A stretch of DNA of 64,000 nucleotides, taken from NCBI RefSeq assembly GCF_901765095.1, contig NC_044037.1, positions 104,231,279 through 104,295,278 on the forward strand. Reading direction: 5' to 3'. This DNA comes from Microcaecilia unicolor (taxonomy: Eukaryota). The translations under genes were made by a program, and so were the position numbers. This document shows, piece by piece, positions 23,191 to 33,700 of the stretch (position 1 is the first letter of the stretch; each line of letters starts with the position of its first letter). The notes beneath the pieces were generated by a model. It made no database searches. It was given only the letters and a program-made list of their open reading frames with translations, and was not told the origin of the DNA.

Positions 23191-23509
23191 TAACATTGTT
23201 GACCTATAGTCATCTAATCTGATATTATGAAATGATGGCACATCCAATAAATCTTTATTTGCAGATTTTAATATTCTAGGTCAGTAGATGTGTTTGAGCA
23301 ATAATAATGCTTTGAAAATTAAAGATAGTACTTTATACTTAATTTCAGATTATTTGGGTAACCTGTGAAGCTCATGTAAAACAGGAGAAATATGACCAAA
23401 TTTCTTACAACCTACAGGTGAATGAGCAGCATGTAATGTTCTTAGAACCTGAGCTGGTAAACCACGAAACAACGTGTTGCAATAATCAATGTGTGGAACA
23501 ACAACACTA

Positions 23510-24165
23510 TGAACTATTGATGTAAAATTGTCATGAAATAGACTCGCAATCGCCTAAACAGTCTCATTTTGTAAAATATCATTTGAGTAATCTTAAGTGT
23601 GGTCTCAAAGAGAGAGGAGTCAAGTATGACTCCTAGAATTTCTCTTGAGATGACAATAAATTTGAAGGAAAATCCACTGTAGAAAAATCTGATAAGGCCA
23701 TAACATGTGTTTTTGCCGTATTTAATTCTGATAATGCCATAACGTGTTTTTTCCATATTTAATTGTACATGATTTGCTTTCATCTATATGCTTGCAGTTT
23801 TCAAAGAAAAGATAAAAAATTCTATTGCCTCATCAATAGATGTATTAATAGAAAAGAAAAATTGGATATCATCAGCATAACTTTTATATTGCAAGCCCAG
23901 ACAAGTCAATAACTTGCAAACTGAACTAAAAAAGATATTGAGAAACATAGCTGAAAGGGAAGAACCTTGAGGAAGTACATAAGGGGTCCCAAGCAAGAGA
24001 GAACTTTCTGATCCATGTACAACTGAAAATTTCCAAGATTAAAAAAAAAAAAAAAGCTAAACCGCTGTAAAACATTCCAGAAATTCCCATAGCCTCCAAT
24101 CGTCTTAACAAGATTTCTATGACTAACAGAGTCAAAAGCAGCAGAAATATCTAACTTCACTAGGA
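23510..24165 (-). mobile_element. LINE reverse-transcriptase fragment (three frameshifted ORF pieces)
   Basis: ..LVKLDISAAFDSVSHRNLVKTI.. ; ..PQGSSLSAMFLNIF..YADDIQFF.. ; ..MKANHVQLNMEKT.. on the minus strand. Confidence 0.6.
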
Positions 24166-24171
24166 AAAATT

Positions 24172-24589
24172 GAGGGGCCATTTTACTAAGCCGTGTAAGC
24201 GTCTACATGTGCCTAACGCACACCAAGATGGAGTTACTGCCCAGCTACTGCATGGGTCTTGTGGTAATTTCATTTTTGGTGCGTGGCCAAAAAATAATTT
24301 TTATTTTTGGACACGTGTATCAGACATGCGCCAAGTGGCATTTGATGCACGTAGGTCATTACCGCCCAGTTACCGTGTGAGACTTTACTGCTAGGTCAAT
24401 GGCCTGTGGTAAGGTCACAGATCCAAAATGGATACCTGGCAATTTTGATTTTGCTGCACGTCCATTTTCGGCAAAATTTTTTAAAAGGCCTTTTTTACAG
24501 GCGCATTGAAAAATGGATTGTTTGCACTCAAAACCTGCGCCTACACTACCGCAATCCATTTTTCAGTGCGCCTTAGTAAAAGGACCCCT
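24172..24589 (+). mobile_element. MITE-A copy
   Basis: 5' gaggggccattttactaagccgtg ; 3' gcgccttagtaaaaggacccctg; ~85% identical to 19652-20072. Confidence 0.7.
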
Positions 24590-25480
24590 GAATACCTTTG
24601 AAAAAACCTGTCCTAACCTTGTCAAGGATGGTCCCAAGAAACAGGTAGGCAAGTTGTCTATAGGTCTCAAAGAAAGGAAATTGTAGAAGCAGACATGATG
24701 ATTTCTTTGGTTGGTCAAGTTAAAATAACACCAGATATGGCCATGTTTCGTCCTGATGGGCTGGATGATGTAAAGAAACTTCCACCGGACTTGGAAAAGG
24801 TTCACAGCAAAAGTTTATTAATAAAACCTGGACTCGACACGAGTCGTGTTTCGGCCACTCTGGCCTGCCTCAGGAGTCCATGTATATTATTGCTATAGTG
24901 TTTTCTGGAAAAGCATGCAATCTTCAAACAATATGTACAGCAAAATGAAGCTGTGTAACAACGATCTCCTTGACATAAGTGTGTGTAGTCAAAACGAGAT
25001 GAGCACCATCATAAAAACATTGAACATCATTTTTAGACAACAGAAGCTTCTCATAATAAATCTTTGAAGAACAATCTTCCTCAGGATCAAGAGATTTTGC
25101 TTTGACATAGCTACATTTCAGAACATCTCTCTTGAAATGTGTGAATGCTTTCAAGAGAAAGGATACCCAAAACATTGCATTGACAAGTGCTATAAAAGAG
25201 AGCTGAAGGCATGGACAGAGCCCAACTACTGAGCCCTACTCCAAAAGCAAAGGAGAACAATATAGTTTGCACTCTACCCTTTACTGACCTCTCGAAAGGT
25301 ATCACCTAAATACTGAGGACTCATTGGCATATAATAGAACATTTGGACCATTTCAGTGACAAGAGGTTGATCATGGCCCACAATAGAGGTCAGAATCTAA
25401 TAGACCTACTGGGACCATCTGTGCTCCCTGAAATAAAAAAGGCATGATTTTGCTTTTAGGCATGGCAGCCCCCCTTTATT

Positions 25481-25548
25481 TAAGAGCCCTTTTACTAAAC
25501 TGTGCTAAAAGGTGGCCTGCGCTGTGACTAGTGTGTGGGTGTGCCAGG
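25481..25548 (+). mobile_element. MITE-A 5'-end fragment
   Basis: aagagcccttttactaaactgtgctaaaaggtggcctgcgc. Confidence 0.4.
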
Positions 25549-27178
25549 GAGATAAAATTTCTAGAAGTAATTAATGACTGCTTCTTGCAGCAGCTAGTCC
25601 AGGAACCGACAAGAAGGGTAGCTATTTTGGATCTGGTCCTTGGTGGCATGCAGGGCATAGTTTGAGAGGTGGCGGTGTTGGGTCCCCTGGAAAAGAGTGA
25701 TCATAACATGATTAAATCTGAGCTACACCTGCAAAGGAAATCTACTGTAGCTGCATTTCATTTTCGAAAGGGCAACTATAATAAAATGAGGAAAATGAGT
25801 GGAGGAGTGGCCTAGTTGTTAGGGTGGTGGACTTTGGTCCTGGGGAACTGAGTTTGATTCCCACTTCAGGCACAGGCAGCTCCTTGTGACTCTGGGCAAG
25901 TCACTTAACCCTCCATTGCCCCAGGTACAAATAAGTACCTGTATACAATATGTATGCCGCATTGAGCCTGCCATGAGTGGGAAAGCGCGGGGTATAAATG
26001 TAACAAAAAAATGGTTAAAAAGAAACTAAAAGGATTGGCTGCAAAGGTTAGGACATTAAATCAGGTGTGGACTTTACTCAAAAAAATACCATCTTGGAAG
26101 CCCAGTCCAGATGCATTCCATGTATTTGCAAAGGTGAAGAGAAGAGAAAACGTCAGCCAGCATGGTTAAAAGGTGAAGTAAAAGAGGCCATTACAGCCAA
26201 AAGATTGTCCTTCAAAGAATAGAAAAAGCACACAAATAAAGAAAATAAGAAGCAACATAAGCACTGGCAAGTCACATGCAAAGCATTAATAAAGAAGGCT
26301 AAAAGAGAATATGAAGAGAAACTTGCCACAGAGGCTAAAACTAACAGTAACAACTTTTCCAGGTACAACAGAAGCAGAAAGCCTATAAGGGAATCCATGG
26401 GACCGTTAGATCATGAAGGAGCAAAAGGGGCACTCAGGGAGGACAAGGCCATAGCGGAGAAACTGAATGAATTCTTTGCTTCTGTCTTTACAGAAGAAGA
26501 TGTAAGAGATCTGCCTGTACCGGAAATGGTTTAGAAGGGTGATGATGTGGAGGAACTGAAAGAAATGTCGGTGAACCTGGAAGAAGTACTGAGCCAAACT
26601 GACAAATTAAAGAGTAGTAAATCACCTGGACTGGATGGCATACATCCAAGAGTACTCAAAGAACTCAAGCATGAAATTGCTGATCTGCTGTTAGTAATAT
26701 GTAACCTGTCATTAAAATCGTTCGTAGTATCTGAAGATTGGAGGGTGGCCAATGTGATGCCGATTTCTAAAAAGGGTTCTAGGTGTGATCCGGGAAATTA
26801 CAGACCGGTAAGCCTGACATCAGTGCAAGGCAAAATAATGGAAACTATTATAAAGAATAAAATTAAAGAACCAGTACACAAACATGGTTTAATGGGACAG
26901 TCTGCATGGGTTCAGCCGAGGGAAGTCTTGCCTCACCAATTTGCTTCTTTTCTTTGAAGGCGTGAATAAACATGTGGATAAAGGTGAGCCGGTTGATGTA
27001 GTGTATCTAGATTTTCAAAAAGCTTTTGATAAAGTTCCTCATGAGAGACTCCTGAGAAAATTGAAGAGTCATGGGATAGGACGCAAGGTTCTGGTGTGGA
27101 TTGAGAATTGGTTATTGCACAGAAAACAGAGGGTAGGGTTAAATGGTCATGTCTCTCAATGCAGGAGGATAATCAGTT
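25548..27178 (+). mobile_element. CR1-A copy 1, 5' part (EN C-term, linker, RT N-term); continues at 29512-29560 and 30187-30725
   Basis: ..ILDLVLGGMQGIV..SDHNMIKSELHL..FHFRKGNYNKMRKM[SINE]..KKKLKGLAAKVRTLNQVW.. then ORF 26547-26957 SKSPGLDGIHPRVLKEL..EDWRVANVMPISKKG..GNYRPVSLTS and 26941-27165 FFEGVNKHVDKGEPVDVVYLDFQKAFDKVPHERL..RVGLNG. Confidence 0.7.
25802..25995 (+). mobile_element. tRNA-derived SINE with MIR-like core and LINE-A-derived 3' tail, inserted in CR1 copy 1
   Basis: ggaggagtggcctagttgttagggtggtgg..gagtttgattccc (A/B-box-like) ; gggcaagtcacttaaccctccattgcccc (MIR-like core) ; tgtatgccgcattgagcctgccatgagtgggaaagcgcggggtataaatgtaacaaaaaaa (LINE-A-like tail); flanks ..aaaatgagt | aaaaaaatgg.. 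suggest a short AAAATG-like TSD. Confidence 0.6.
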
Positions 27179-29510
27179 TTGATATCAACCTTGAAGTAAC
27201 TATACATAGGAAGTTAAATACGTTAGCGTTTAACTTTAAAAAAGGAGACTATGATAAAATGAGAAGAACGGTTAAGAAAAAACTTAGAGGGGCAACTGAG
27301 ACGGTAAAAACTGTACAACAGGCATGGATGCTATTCAAAAATACCATCCTGGAGGCCCAGGCCAAACATATTCTGCGAATTAGAAAAGAAAGACGGAAGT
27401 CCAAAAGACAGCCGGCGTGGTTAAAAAGTGAGGTGAAGGAAGCTATTAGGGCTAAAAGAAACGCCTTCAGAAAATGGAACAAGGAACCGTCTGAAAATAA
27501 CAAGAAGCAGCATAAGGAGTGTCAAAGCAAATGCAAGGCGCAGATAAAGAAGGCCAAGAGGGATTATGAAAAAAAGATAGCAGTAGAGGCAAAAAAACAT
27601 AGTAAAATTTTTTTCGGTATATTAAAAGCAGGAAGCCGGCAAAAGAATCGGTTGGGCTGCTGGATGACCGAGGGGTAAAAGGGGCGATCAAGGAAGACAA
27701 AGACGTAGCGGAGAGATTAAATGAATTCTTTGCTTCGGTCTTCCCCCAGGAAGAATGGGTGGGATACCGGTGTCAGAAATGGTATTTCAAGTGGACGAGT
27801 CGGAGAAACTTACTGAATTCACGGTAAACCTGGAGGACATAATGGGGCAGTTCAGCAAACTGAAGAGTAGCAAATCACCTGGACCAGATGGTATTCATCC
27901 TAGAGTACTGATAGAACTGAAAAATGAACTTGCGGAGCTACTGTTAGTGATATGCAATTTATCCTTAAAATCGAGCGTGGTACCGGAAGATTGGAGGGTG
28001 GCCAATGTAACGCCGATTTTTAAAAAAGGTTCCAGGGGAGATCCAGGAAATTATAGACTGGTGAGTCTGAAGTCAGTGCCGGGGAAAATGGTAGAGGTTA
28101 TTATTAAAAACAAAATTACAGAGCACATCCGAGGACATGGATTACTGAGACCAAGTCAGCACGGCTTTAGTGTGGGGAAATCTTGCCTGACCAATTTACT
28201 TCAATTCTTTGAAGGAGTAAACAAACATGTGGACAAAGGGGAGCCGGTTGATATTGTGTATCTGGATTTTCAAAAGGCGTTTGACAAGGTGCCTCATGAA
28301 AGACTACAGAGGAAATTGGAGGGTCATGGGATAGGAGGTAATGTTTTATTGTGGATTAAAAACTGGTTGAAGGATAGGAAACAGAGAGTGGGGTTAAATG
28401 GGCAGTATTCACAATGGAGAAGGGTAGTTAGTGGGGTTCCTCAGGGGTCAGTGCTAGGACCGCTGCTTTTTAATATATTTTCAAATGAATTAGAGATGGG
28501 AGTAACTAGCGAGGTAATTAAATTTGCTGATGACACAAAGTTATTCAAAGTCATTAATTTGCGAGAGGATTGTGAAAAATTACAGAAGGACCTTACGAGA
28601 CTGGGAGACTGGGCGGCTAAATGGCAGACGACGTTTAATGTGAGCAAGTGTAAGGTGATGCATGTGGGAAAAAAGAACCCGAATTATAGCTACGTCATGC
28701 AAGGTTCCACGCTAGGAGTTACGGACCAAGAAAGGGATCTGGGAGTCGTCGTTAATAATACACTGAAACCTTCTGCTCAGTGTGCTGCTGCGGCTAGGAA
28801 AGCGAATAGAATGTTGGGTATTATTAGGAAAGGTATAGAAAACAGGTGTGAGGATGTTATAATGCCGTTGTATCATTCCATGGTGCGACTGCACCTTGAG
28901 TATTGTGTCCAATTCTGGTCGCAGCATCTCAAGAAAGATATAGTGGAATTGGAAAAGGTGCAGCGAAGGGTGATAAAAATGATAGCGGGGATGGGACGAC
29001 TTCCCTATGAAGAAAGACTAAGGAGGCTAGGGCTTTTCAGCTTGGAGAAGAGACGGCTGAGGGGAGACTTGATAGAGGTATATAAAATAATGAGTGGAGT
29101 GGAACAGATGGATGTGAAGCGTCTGTTCACGCTTGCAAAAAATAGTAGGACTAGGGGGCATGCAATGAAACTACAGTGTAGTACATTTAAAACAAATAGG
29201 AGAAAATATTTCTTCACCCAACACATAATTAAACTCTGGAATTTGTTGCCAGAGAGCGTGGTGAAGGCGGTTAGCTTGGCAGAGTTTAAAAAGGGTTTGG
29301 ATGGTTTCCTAAAGGATAAGTCCATAGACCGCTACTAAATGGACTTGGGAAAAATCCACAATTTCGGGAATAACATGCATAGAATGTTTGTACGTTTGGG
29401 AAGCTACCAGGTGCCCTTGACCTGCATTGGCCGCTGTCGGGGACAGGATGCTGGGCTTAATGGGCCTTTGGTCTTTTCCCAGTATGGCATTACTTATGTA
29501 CTTATGTAAC
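27178..29510 (+). mobile_element. CR1-A copy 2 (5'-truncated, young), nested inside copy 1; ends in 8-bp (CTTATGTA)2 tail
   Basis: starts in linker (FNFKKGDYDKMRRTVKKKL..), intact RT to stop, 3' UTR ..attggccgctgtcggggacaggatgctgggcttaatgggcctttggtcttttcccagtatggcattacttatgtacttatgta. Confidence 0.8.
27755..29338 (+). CDS. CR1 ORF2 reverse-transcriptase region through native stop (527 aa open, partial: 5'-truncated element)
   Basis: SKSPGPDGIHPRVL..DWRVANVTPIFKKG..NYRLVSL..LDFQKAFDKVPH..SGVPQGSVLGPLLFNIF..KFADDTKL..FNVSKCKVMHVG..EYCVQFWS..VQRRV..RGH..FFTQ..WNLLP. Confidence 0.85.
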   Translation: MGGIPVSEMVFQVDESEKLTEFTVNLEDIMGQFSKLKSSKSPGPDGIHPRVLIELKNELAELLLVICNLSLKSSVVPEDWRVANVTPIFKKGSRGDPGNYRLVSLKSVPGKMVEVIIKNKITEHIRGHGLLRPSQHGFSVGKSCLTNLLQFFEGVNKHVDKGEPVDIVYLDFQKAFDKVPHERLQRKLEGHGIGGNVLLWIKNWLKDRKQRVGLNGQYSQWRRVVSGVPQGSVLGPLLFNIFSNELEMGVTSEVIKFADDTKLFKVINLREDCEKLQKDLTRLGDWAAKWQTTFNVSKCKVMHVGKKNPNYSYVMQGSTLGVTDQERDLGVVVNNTLKPSAQCAAAARKANRMLGIIRKGIENRCEDVIMPLYHSMVRLHLEYCVQFWSQHLKKDIVELEKVQRRVIKMIAGMGRLPYEERLRRLGLFSLEKRRLRGDLIEVYKIMSGVEQMDVKRLFTLAKNSRTRGHAMKLQCSTFKTNRRKYFFTQHIIKLWNLLPESVVKAVSLAEFKKGLDGFLKDKSIDRY

Positions 29511-29559
29511 AGTGAAGCATGGATCTGTATTGGGACTGGTGTTATTTAACATATTTACA

Positions 29560-30186
29560 GGGCTTTTTTGTGCCGGTAAGCACTGGTACGGCGTACCGGC
29601 ACCTTTTTTCCCTCCGGCGAGTCCTGCACCCTTCCTCTCACTCCTCTACTTACTACTACTTCGGATTCAGCAGCACGAATGGTGCAGGCAGCGATTGAGA
29701 GAGGCTGGTAGCATCGGAGCTTCCCTCTGCGAGTCCCGCCTATGTTGTTTCAACTTCCTGGTACCGGTACTCATTATGGGCGGGGTCACCACATATGGCT
29801 CCACCCCTATGATAGTCACACCCATATTAGCCATACCCCTTATACCAGCCATGGCGCATATAAACAAACATCATTGAAAATATTATACTAGTATAGGAGA
29901 AAAAAATAATGTGATTTTTTTTCATTATACTTTCTGTAAGCTGTTACAGCTCCAGTATACCCAGTGCAAAATAAGACAGCAGATGTAAATTCTCAAATTG
30001 GACATATTCCAAACACTAAAATGAAAATAAAATGATTTTTTCTACCTTTGTTGTCTGGTGACTTTGTTTTTCTATCCATATTGATCCCAGTCTCTGATTC
30101 TGCTGCTCTCTATCTGTTCCCTTAATTCCATTTCCAGGGCTTCCTTTCCATGTATTTTTTTACTTTCCTCCTTTCTTCTTCATTTC
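29560..30186 (+). mobile_element. composite repeat inserted in CR1 copy 1: GC-rich hairpin-bearing head + R600 copy B
   Basis: gtgccggtaagcactggtacggcgtaccggcac (palindromic) ..; 29790-30186 colinear with 5190-5800. Confidence 0.5.
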
Positions 30187-30725
30187 TTGGGTGTCATTGC
30201 AGATAATACGCTGAAATCTTCTGCTCAGTGTGTGGCGGTGGCGGCCAAAAAAGCAAACAGAATGCTAGGAATTATTAGGAAAGGGATGGGTAATAAGACT
30301 GAAAATACTATAATGCCTTTTTACCGCTCCGTGGTGCGCCCGCACTTTGAGTATTGCATTCAGTTCTGGTCGCCGTATCTCAAAAAGATATAGCAGAATT
30401 AGATAAGGTTGAAAGGAGAGCGACCAAAATGATAAAGGGGATGGAACTCCTCTCGTATGAGGAAAGGCTAAAGAGGATAGGGCTCTTCAGCTTGGGAAAG
30501 AGATGAATGAGGGGAGATATGATTGAAGTCTACAAATTCCTGCGTGATGAAGAACAAGTAGAAGTAAATTGATTTTTTACTTGTTCCAAAAGTACAAAGA
30601 CTAGGGGACACTCGAGGAAGTTACTTTTAAAACAAATAGGAGGAAATATATTTTCACTCAATGAATAGTTAAGGTCTGGACCTCTTAGCCAGAGGATGTG
30701 GTAACAGCAGTTAGTGTTTCTGGGT
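30187..30725 (+). pseudogene. CR1-A copy 1 ORF C-terminal remnant (resumes after two nested insertions)
   Basis: ORF 30187-30393 ..KSSAQCVAVAAKKANRMLGIIRKGMGNKTENTIMPFYRSVVRPHFEYCIQFWSPYLKK, then frameshifted ..RGH..RRKYIFTQ.. Confidence 0.65.
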
Positions 30726-30739
30726 TTTTTTTTTTATTA

Positions 30740-33700
30740 TTTTTTTATTTATAAATTTAAATCATTATTTCAAGGATTTACACTTGATCAGGAAAGTGTT
30801 ATTAACAATCAAAATATTAAAGGAAATGTTATATAACATATATAATAACATTCAGGCCGACAGGTAAGGAGCTCAGGTAAGGAGCTCCTGAGGTCCAGAA
30901 CAAAAAGACCTACCTGACCATCCAACGCCGTTCACGACCGGTCTGGAATGGACCGGAACTGAAACGGAACTGATCCAAAGCCGACTGGGGAGCTGCAGGA
31001 CCACGGGCTGAACGCCAGCACGAACGAACAAACCCGAGACGACCTGTCTGCTAGTTGCCACGAGGTCGAAACGCATCCCTGGCCGGCAAGGACCACCTGG
31101 GCATATTTAAGCCTGCCTGGATCAGTCTGATCAACCCCAGCCGAGCTGAATCTGGAGCTGAGACCGCAGCTGAAACCGACCGGTGGATCACCAGCGGTCC
31201 GACCGGACTGAAATCCAGCCGGGCGGAGGCCAACCGACGGCCTAGCGGGAGACCGCCACGAGGTTCACCACGAGGTTGCGCCCCCGCAATCCGAATCAGG
31301 AGCACCGGAGAGACCATCGAAACCGGTGTGGAGACGGAGAGCCCAGAGGTGGAGAACCCAGAGGTGAGCCGCGACCACATCTTACAACTCCGCGTGGCCA
31401 CCCAGTGAGTTCGGGGAGCCGTGTTCGTGGCACCGGAAACGATCCGGCCGACCACGCGACCGGTGGAAAGTTGACCGGACAGTGGTTCGAAGCCCGGAAG
31501 GCCGCGGAACAAGCGGAGCGCCGACCGGCCTGGTTGGCCTGAGGACTGGAAAACAGGAGCGGCCTATCCCCAATGTGGCACGCTCCAGAATCGTCCGACT
31601 GCTGCCCAGGAAGCCGCAAGCGGATTGAGGGAAGTAGGCGCACCCCGCACCCGACTGCTCCACGCGTCGGAGCGCAGACAGACAAGAGTCGACCAGCTTG
31701 AGGTGCGGCAAAGCGACGGCGACTCCTGAGCCACACACAAGTCCTGTGGTGGCTGCATTAGAGACACCGAGCACCAGACAACCGAGCCACTGGTCCCCGT
31801 GGCTGCTGGGAACAGGAGCTACCTCCCGAGGCTGAACTGAGTAATAAAATACCTGCTCGTCTTAAATGCATGCATGCACTGCTTTAGCATGATTTAAAAA
31901 TCCTCGCTATACTCTGCTCACACTAAACTGAATGCAACTGTGTCTTAGGCCAATATAGCACCTTTAAATGTTGCCAAGCTTTAATTTAAATTGCTGCTAA
32001 GACCAATGCATAATAGCGAACTGTTACCAAGCAAGCTTTAGCTTTTACATAATTTAAAATCCTTGCTTCACCCTGCTTTGCTTTGCTTTGCTTACTGCCA
32101 GCTTTGAACTAAACTGTTGCTAAGCTTAATTGAAAATGTTAGCACTACTCCGCGTGAATTGTAGCCAAGCTCAAATGCAATTGTAAACGTTGTATCGCTC
32201 AAATACACACCAATTACTTATTTGTCACAGCACCCAACACACAGAAATGAACACCAGCAATACACTCATAACCATCCAGTGTCTCATTATATTCGTACAC
32301 GCAAACACAACACAAAACCTAGACAACAACAACTCCACTACTCACAATCCGCATAACACTCACACACACACCATGCATGCCCAAAACAACAACCCACTTA
32401 CATATCACCAATCCCATGCACAACCTTTAAACAACCTACCAAATCAAAGACACAACAACAACCAACCAACTGGAACAAACCCCGAATATGTACACCACCG
32501 ACGAAATAAGGAAAACAATGAAAACAACAGACTCAACCAACGAAAAAACAGACAGTTAATAAAAATAAACACATCTAACCCCACCTTGGAACCACATCAC
32601 CCAATCCAACTAGGATACGTCAATGCAAGATCAGCAGTAAGCAACTCGATAGACATACTAGATTGGATCACCACAGACAAACTAGACCTCTTATTTATCA
32701 CAGAAACCTGGTTCCATAGTCCTACGGACCCCGCCATCCTACAAACGTGCCCACCAGAATACAAAATCACGCACTGGACAAGAAATGGAAAAAAAAGAGG
32801 AGGCGGAATAGCTTTAATACACAAACCTGAATTCACCATCACAATCACAGGCGAATCTACCTCACCACAACTTGAAATTGCTTCGACAAGAATCAACCAT
32901 CCAAGCCTAATAGGACACCTTAACACAATCCTATTCTACAGGCCACCAGGAAAATGGCAAGACGCCCAAACACAACTCATGGATTTCATCTCGAATACCT
33001 GCGTATCAACCTCAAACATCCTCATACTAGGCGACATCAACTTACACCTAGAAGATGACACCATACCAAGTACACGAGAATTCAAAGAACTCCTACAACT
33101 CTGGGATCTGCAAATACCCAACTTACAACCAACACATGAAAAAGGACACACACTAGATATCATAACAAATAGACTCGAACCGAATTCAACTATCACACTT
33201 ACCAACACAAAATGGACACCCACATTATGGTCAGACCACCATAAAGCAAATGTCACCCTTTACTGGCAAAAAATACAACCAAACACAATCAACAAACATG
33301 AGCGAACAACCTACACAACGAGAGGAAAAATAAACCCCACAACATTCTGGCAACAGATCTACCAGAGCGAATGGATTACAAACGCTAGCACCATCCAATT
33401 CCTCCAAGAATGGGACGATATAAGCATAACAACATTAGACAAAATCGCCCCAGCCCAAACCAGAACATCACACAGGAAAAATGCAAATCCATGGTTCAAT
33501 GAAGAGCTGAAAAAACTGAAAACACAAGTCAGGAGACTTGAACGAGCCTGGAACAAAAAGAGAGATGAACAAACACTAAACGACTGGAAACAACTTCGAA
33601 GAAAATACAAATACACCATCAAACAGACAAAAAGACTACACTACAAAACATTAATAGGACCAAACTACAAAGACACACATAAACTCTTCAACCTCGTAAA

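Noticed and set aside
25802-25870. tRNA-like sequence with A/B-box-like motifs
   Set aside because: I could not fold it into a complete cloverleaf by eye. It is followed by a MIR-like core and a LINE tail, so it is the head of a SINE, not a tRNA gene. The same applies to 46785-46860.
30870-31850. Many overlapping 60-150-aa ORFs on both strands (for example 31051-31512, 31296-31736, 31382-31774)
   Set aside because: The region is GC-rich and stop-codon-poor. The frames overlap on both strands and the translations are Arg/Pro/Gly-rich with no domain-like content. I interpret the region as the CpG-rich 5' UTR of the LINE (or a CpG island), not as genes.
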